From a virus, in IMG/VR virus record IMGVR_UViG_3300045988_030775, positions 1 to 17,512 of that record: DNA of 17,512 bases; one strand, given 5' to 3'. The notes beneath the pieces were generated by a model that did not search any database, was not told the origin of the DNA, and saw nothing but the letters and a program-made list of their open reading frames with translations. Both the position numbers and the translations under genes were made by a program. How positions within the stretch are numbered: the first letter of the stretch is position 1; every line of letters begins with the position of its first letter. Shown one piece after another: positions 14,278-17,512 of this stretch.

Positions 14278-15222
14278 TTAGTGTCGTGCCGCGCTGGTCA
14301 TCCATTCATCAAGTCGTGTCCCTACATCACCCGCGTCCGCTTTTGTCTCCCATTTATGTGTTTTATCATTATACCATGTGGCCTCCCGCACAACGGTGCT
14401 GAAATTCGTGTTGTTTATCAGCCATCGTTTTTGACGGTTCGACAGGGATGCGAATTTTTGGGCTATGATGTAATCGAATGCCTCAAGCTGTTGCGAGACC
14501 CTATCAAAATCCGAAACCCCCTCGCCTCCGAGAATCTGTCTAGTGCCTGCATGCAATGGCGCTCGGCCTATAAGCCCGGCGTATTCAAGCAACTCTCGTT
14601 CAAGTTTCCTTCTACCCCCTTCTCGTATCATCATACGCGCATGGCTTATGCCGCGCTCCGAGCCGAACACGTTCGCACGGTTGCGTGTGAGTTCGTCGCG
14701 CGCCGAACCGCCGACCGTGTGAGTGCCCAACACGTCAAAGGGGGATTCTCCGGCGCGTTCCATTTCACGTATTTCGGCCACGGTGTAGCGGGCCATGCTC
14801 AATGCGTCGAATTGTTGGGCGCGTTTGATTTTCTGCCGTGCCTCGATGCGGCGGCGCTGTTGCTGTCGTAATGTTTTCCGACGTTTCGACGGGGCGGCGG
14901 CGATTTCCGCGTCGGTAATCAACGGGCGCGCCGCCAACTCCCTATCAAGTTTCGTGACATGGACATCGGGCGCGACCTGATACGGCTCGCTGTCCCGCGC
15001 CCTTAAGGCTTGCTGTTGTTCCCCGAATTCCTGCCCGATACGGCGCGCGACCTGTTCGAGTTGTTGGGCGCTGAGTTTTCCCAGAAACGTTTCGGTGATT
15101 TGCTTGGGGAGGTGTCCGGTACCGTAATCTCTAATCGCTTGCTCTCGGCGTACCTGTGCCGACCTGATGGCGGCGTTGCGTTTCAGATTGTTGGCACGTC
15201 GGTTGTTTTTGCGTTTTGCCAC
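14278..15222 (-). CDS. Terminal protein candidate (genome-linked priming protein)
   Basis: Immediately upstream of Pol (12-nt gap), as phi29 gene 3 is to gene 2. About 314 aa with a very basic N-terminus (AKRKNNRRANNLKRN). Likely GTG start at 15222 after AAGGGGGGGG. There is no diagnostic motif, so the call rests on position and composition. Confidence 0.55.
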   Translation of the reverse strand: MAKRKNNRRANNLKRNAAIRSAQVRREQAIRDYGTGHLPKQITETFLGKLSAQQLEQVARRIGQEFGEQQQALRARDSEPYQVAPDVHVTKLDRELAARPLITDAEIAAAPSKRRKTLRQQQRRRIEARQKIKRAQQFDALSMARYTVAEIREMERAGESPFDVLGTHTVGGSARDELTRNRANVFGSERGISHARMMIREGGRRKLERELLEYAGLIGRAPLHAGTRQILGGEGVSDFDRVSQQLEAFDYIIAQKFASLSNRQKRWLINNTNFSTVVREATWYNDKTHKWETKADAGDVGTRLDEWMTSAARH

Positions 15223-15248
15223 GGCCCCCCCCTTGTGGGTGTGAAACA

Positions 15249-15280
15249 CCCCCCGCCGTAAGGACGGAAACGACGGGGGG
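15249..15280 (-). other. 10-bp G/C stem hairpin upstream of the TP gene
   Basis: Minus-strand RNA: CCCCCCGUCG, 12-nt loop, CGGCGGGGGG. The single non-Watson-Crick position is a G-U pair only on the minus-strand transcript. It is followed by UGUUUCAC. Confidence 0.5.
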
Positions 15281-15290
15281 TGAGTCTGGC

Positions 15291-15316
15291 GGCAACATCC
15301 CTATAGGGACGTTACC
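15291..15316 (-). other. Hairpin after the 145-aa early gene
   Basis: GGUAACGUCCCUAUAGGGAUGUUGCC on the minus strand. Both imperfect positions are G-U pairs on that strand and A-C mismatches on the other. Confidence 0.5.
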
Positions 15317-15344
15317 ATGCTATCATACGATGTGGACATTCACG

Positions 15345-15782
15345 TTACTTGCGCTTGTTTTCTGAGGCCAATTCGAGGTCAAAGAACTTATAACCACGGC
15401 GGCTCTTCTTTTCCACCACCTTGAGAACAAGCGGGTGCTCCCACGTGTCCGGCGTGCCGAAGATGGCGAACAGGTTACCAAAAGCGTGCGCCAGCGCGGG
15501 GGAGGCGGCGGCAAAGTCGCCCTCCTCCGCGTGGATGACAACACGGGTAGATGAGTTGATTTCACCGGTCTCTTGGTTGACCACCTCAACGGTCTGCGCA
15601 AGCACGTTGGTCACATGCAATAGCTCATTAAGATGTTCGTCCACCTTGTTGGCTGTCTGCATGGCGTTGTACAGCGCCATTTTACCATCCATAGTAGAGG
15701 TGTCGAAGAAATGGGATACGGCGTTAGCGCCGTTTGCCGCGAAATTGTTGCCGTTTGCTGTGGTCAGTTCGTTGTCAGCCAT
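15345..15782 (-). CDS. Early protein, 145 aa; candidate ssDNA-binding protein by position only
   Basis: Clean ORF with SD AAGGAAGG, lying just upstream of the TP-Pol module. The function is a guess from replication-module context. Confidence 0.6.
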   Translation of the reverse strand: MADNELTTANGNNFAANGANAVSHFFDTSTMDGKMALYNAMQTANKVDEHLNELLHVTNVLAQTVEVVNQETGEINSSTRVVIHAEEGDFAAASPALAHAFGNLFAIFGTPDTWEHPLVLKVVEKKSRRGYKFFDLELASENKRK

Positions 15783-15812
15783 GATTACTGTTGCCTTCCT
15801 TATAATGGTTTA

Positions 15813-16127
15813 TTAATTATTTTCCTCGGAGATGATATCATCTTCAACCACGTTGCCATTAACCGACCCCGGATAGTTGATAATGGTATCATCCCCAAAT
15901 TCGCAATTAGCCCAATAGATTGCCTCGTTCATGCGCGTCACCTGCGCATGGTATTCGGCGGACATGGGGAGCATGTCCCTGTTAATCTTACGGGCTTTTT
16001 TCATAGCCGTGTCAGCTGTGCGACACGCGCCGTTGACAACCACTTCGGTGTCCACGAGTTCGCCGTTTTCACTGCGCGTAACACCGCGCACAATACTATA
16101 GTGCTTGGCTCGCTTGATGTATGCCAT
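15813..16127 (-). CDS. Hypothetical early protein, 104 aa
   Basis: Start at ATG 16127 (MAYIKRAK), 7 nt after AAGGCGG. The track start 16202 overlaps the upstream gene. Confidence 0.65.
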   Translation of the reverse strand: MAYIKRAKHYSIVRGVTRSENGELVDTEVVVNGACRTADTAMKKARKINRDMLPMSAEYHAQVTRMNEAIYWANCEFGDDTIINYPGSVNGNVVEDDIISEENN

Positions 16128-16146
16128 AGTCATACCGCCTTTTTTC

Positions 16147-16656
16147 TTAGTATTCCTGCTGTTGCGACATTCTTGCAATGTCTTCATCAGTATACCGTCC
16201 ATTGGTCAGATTGTCAAAACAGAGACACGCGATTTTGATGATAGTCTGAGCGAACTCATCACCCCCCCACGTCTGGCACATCTCATAGCAAGTCGCGCCC
16301 TTGACATGGCAGGCAGCGCACCACGCCACCATTGCCGGACAGTAGATAAGCCCGGACAACATTTCAATGTCCTGCGTTCGTGACAATGCGACGTACATTG
16401 ATGACTGAGGCGAGATGCTTAGACAAATATTCGCCGCGTGTTCGACACTGTCGGCAAACGCCACTTGGCCACCCTGAGGCTTATAAAAATCCTTGAGCAG
16501 TGCTACGGTACGGCAAAACGTTTCCCAGTCGCCCTCACCACGGTTGTATTCCCGCAAGTGTAGATTACGCCGACGGCCACGAATGACACGGCGCACACGG
16601 TCATCGTCCAGCACGCCATCATCAAACCAATTCGTGCGGTTATCATTACTCTTCAT
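16147..16656 (-). CDS. Hypothetical early protein, 169 aa, Cys-rich
   Basis: ATG 16656 (MKSNDN) with SD GGAGAGG, 2 nt after the preceding stop. Confidence 0.65.
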   Translation of the reverse strand: MKSNDNRTNWFDDGVLDDDRVRRVIRGRRRNLHLREYNRGEGDWETFCRTVALLKDFYKPQGGQVAFADSVEHAANICLSISPQSSMYVALSRTQDIEMLSGLIYCPAMVAWCAACHVKGATCYEMCQTWGGDEFAQTIIKIACLCFDNLTNGRYTDEDIARMSQQQEY

Positions 16657-16658
16657 AA

Positions 16659-16910
16659 TCAACACCTCTCCAACAACGACGTATCAGCCAACGCCCTCGC
16701 ATCAACCAGCATATGAGCCACCTGCGCGTAATCACACGCATCAAACGCCACAGCCGACCAAACCAAACGACGCCTGCCGCCAGCCTGAGACCGCAACAGC
16801 ACCGCATATCGTAGTTCATATATCCAATTATGAGGACAATACACCACCCGTACATCACCTTTCTCAAACTTGGACGGAAACACGGCCACAACCTCATCAC
16901 TCACCATCAT
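16659..16910 (-). CDS. Hypothetical early protein, 83 aa
   Basis: ATGATG at 16910 overlaps the upstream stop (ATGATGGTGAGTGA). It was chosen over the W/R/C-rich alternative frame 16646..16900. Confidence 0.55.
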   Translation of the reverse strand: MMVSDEVVAVFPSKFEKGDVRVVYCPHNWIYELRYAVLLRSQAGGRRRLVWSAVAFDACDYAQVAHMLVDARALADTSLLERC

Positions 16911-17157
16911 CAAACACCCCCTCAAACGGCAACCACACTTTAACAGTACCATTCAAAAACCCCGTTTTTAGGTCAAACGAGGAATGAGCAAAACCAACAT
17001 ACACATCAAGTCCGGCAAACGCATGGCGAACAATATCAAGTACACCGTCTAACGCCTCCTTAAACGTACCGGCTGGATATGGGCCCCTTACTTGCACATA
17101 CTCAGTCGTGAGCTCGAACACCGTAAAATCATCAGGCGTAACAGTAAAACACCACAT
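16897..17157 (-). CDS. Hypothetical early protein, 86 aa
   Basis: ATG 17157 (MWCFTV) is preceded by GGTGGGTG. An alternative GTG start lies at 17172. Confidence 0.6.
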   Translation of the reverse strand: MWCFTVTPDDFTVFELTTEYVQVRGPYPAGTFKEALDGVLDIVRHAFAGLDVYVGFAHSSFDLKTGFLNGTVKVWLPFEGVFDDGE

Positions 17158-17162
17158 TTTAA

Positions 17163-17396
17163 TCACACCCACCGTTCTCCATAAGTCCTATAAAATTCCT
17201 TAAAATCAAAATTACGATAATACTCAAAACCATCATCCAAGTCAACAAAAGAACTCATCGTAATCCAACGGCCACACATCCCGTCATACATTTGAAATTG
17301 ATAATCAACCCCACAGTAAGCGCAAATCGCCTCACGCCACCGAAAACGACGGTTCAACCCAGTGAACCCGTCAACAACAGTAAAATAATGCCACAT
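17163..17396 (-). CDS. Hypothetical first early protein, 77 aa
   Basis: The likely start is the ATG forming the last 3 nt of the right ITR (17394-17396), using the same SD as the left-end gene. The track N-terminus is the open ITR. Confidence 0.6.
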   Translation of the reverse strand: MWHYFTVVDGFTGLNRRFRWREAICAYCGVDYQFQMYDGMCGRWITMSSFVDLDDGFEYYRNFDFKEFYRTYGERWV

Positions 17397-17512
17397 CTCA
17401 ACCACCATCCTTTTCTTCATCCTTTGGTTGATAGTTATATAATACCACACCACAAAAACACAACACGCCGAACAACACAAAAAAACAAAAAAAACAACGA
17501 AATAAAAAACGC
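17394..17512. repeat. Right inverted terminal repeat (119 bp)
   Basis: Reverse complement of 1-119 with no mismatch. Confidence 0.97.
17436..17463 (-). promoter_or_regulatory. Candidate inward-facing promoter inside the right ITR (mirror copy)
   Basis: Same sequence as 50-77 because of the ITR. It would drive the minus-strand early operon. Confidence 0.4.

Larger units (their letters stand above)
1..17512. mobile_element. Complete linear dsDNA genome of a phi29-like protein-primed podophage (ITR to ITR)
   Basis: Perfect 119-bp ITRs at the exact window ends. TP candidate plus family-B polymerase. phi29-type late-gene order. No integrase or repressor recognised. Confidence 0.85.

Noticed and set aside
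15241-15248. Additional parS-like fragments: TGTTTCAC half-site (15241-15248), ATTTCACGT (14762-14770), CACGTG in the terminator loop (10438-10443), and other isolated CACGTG hexamers (for example 9891, 12010, 12371, 15443)
   Set aside because: They match the 16-mer at 8-10 of 16 positions or fewer, which is expected by chance at this length. ParB needs both half-sites. They are not counted as parS.
16646-16900. Alternative minus-strand ORF, 84 aa (MMRLWPCFRPS...)
   Set aside because: The composition is Trp/Arg/Cys-rich. The overlapping frame 16659..16910 has an ATG coupled to the upstream stop and a more protein-like sequence.
1-17512. Searched by eye for tRNA genes, CRISPR repeats, integrase/recombinase, repressor/Cro-like HTH genes, ParA/ParB, and toxin-antitoxin or known defence or anti-defence modules
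   Set aside because: None was recognisable. The six small early ORFs have no motifs I can assign, so anti-defence roles remain possible but unsupported.

Overview
The window is a complete 17,512-bp linear phage genome. Its ends are a perfect 119-bp inverted terminal repeat (1-119 is the reverse complement of 17394-17512). It encodes a family-B DNA polymerase of the protein-primed type (DVNSLYP, KLLLNSLVGKFG, YSDTDG), preceded by a basic terminal-protein candidate, so it is a small phi29-like podophage. All genes but one lie on the minus strand and run from the right end. The order is six small early ORFs, TP and Pol, then a late block syntenic with phi29 genes 7-16: acidic scaffold, capsid with C-terminal Big_2 domain, tail knob, connector, lower collar, fibre, CHAP/lysozyme-like tail lysin and gp16-type packaging ATPase. 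A lysis cassette follows (holin, Amidase_2 endolysin, 2-TM protein). One + strand ORF at the left end converges on a bidirectional terminator (344-375). The strongest non-genic signal is the canonical chromosomal parS palindrome TGTTTCACGTGAAACA. It occurs four times (4274, 10240, 13927 perfect; 13319 at 15/16), and I recognise no parA/parB in the genome. Two copies lie inside the polymerase ORF, and one sits at the +1 of the clearest promoter in the genome. Other observations: the ITR carries promoter, SD and ATG for both terminal genes; the 5'-terminal strands are C-depleted; His replaces the Exo I/II acidic residues of the polymerase in a by-eye alignment; a decayed Big_2 gene scar sits at the phi29 gene-8.5 position; and a structured 180-nt region lies at the early/late junction. 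The host cannot be determined from the sequence alone. No tRNA, CRISPR or integrase was recognised.
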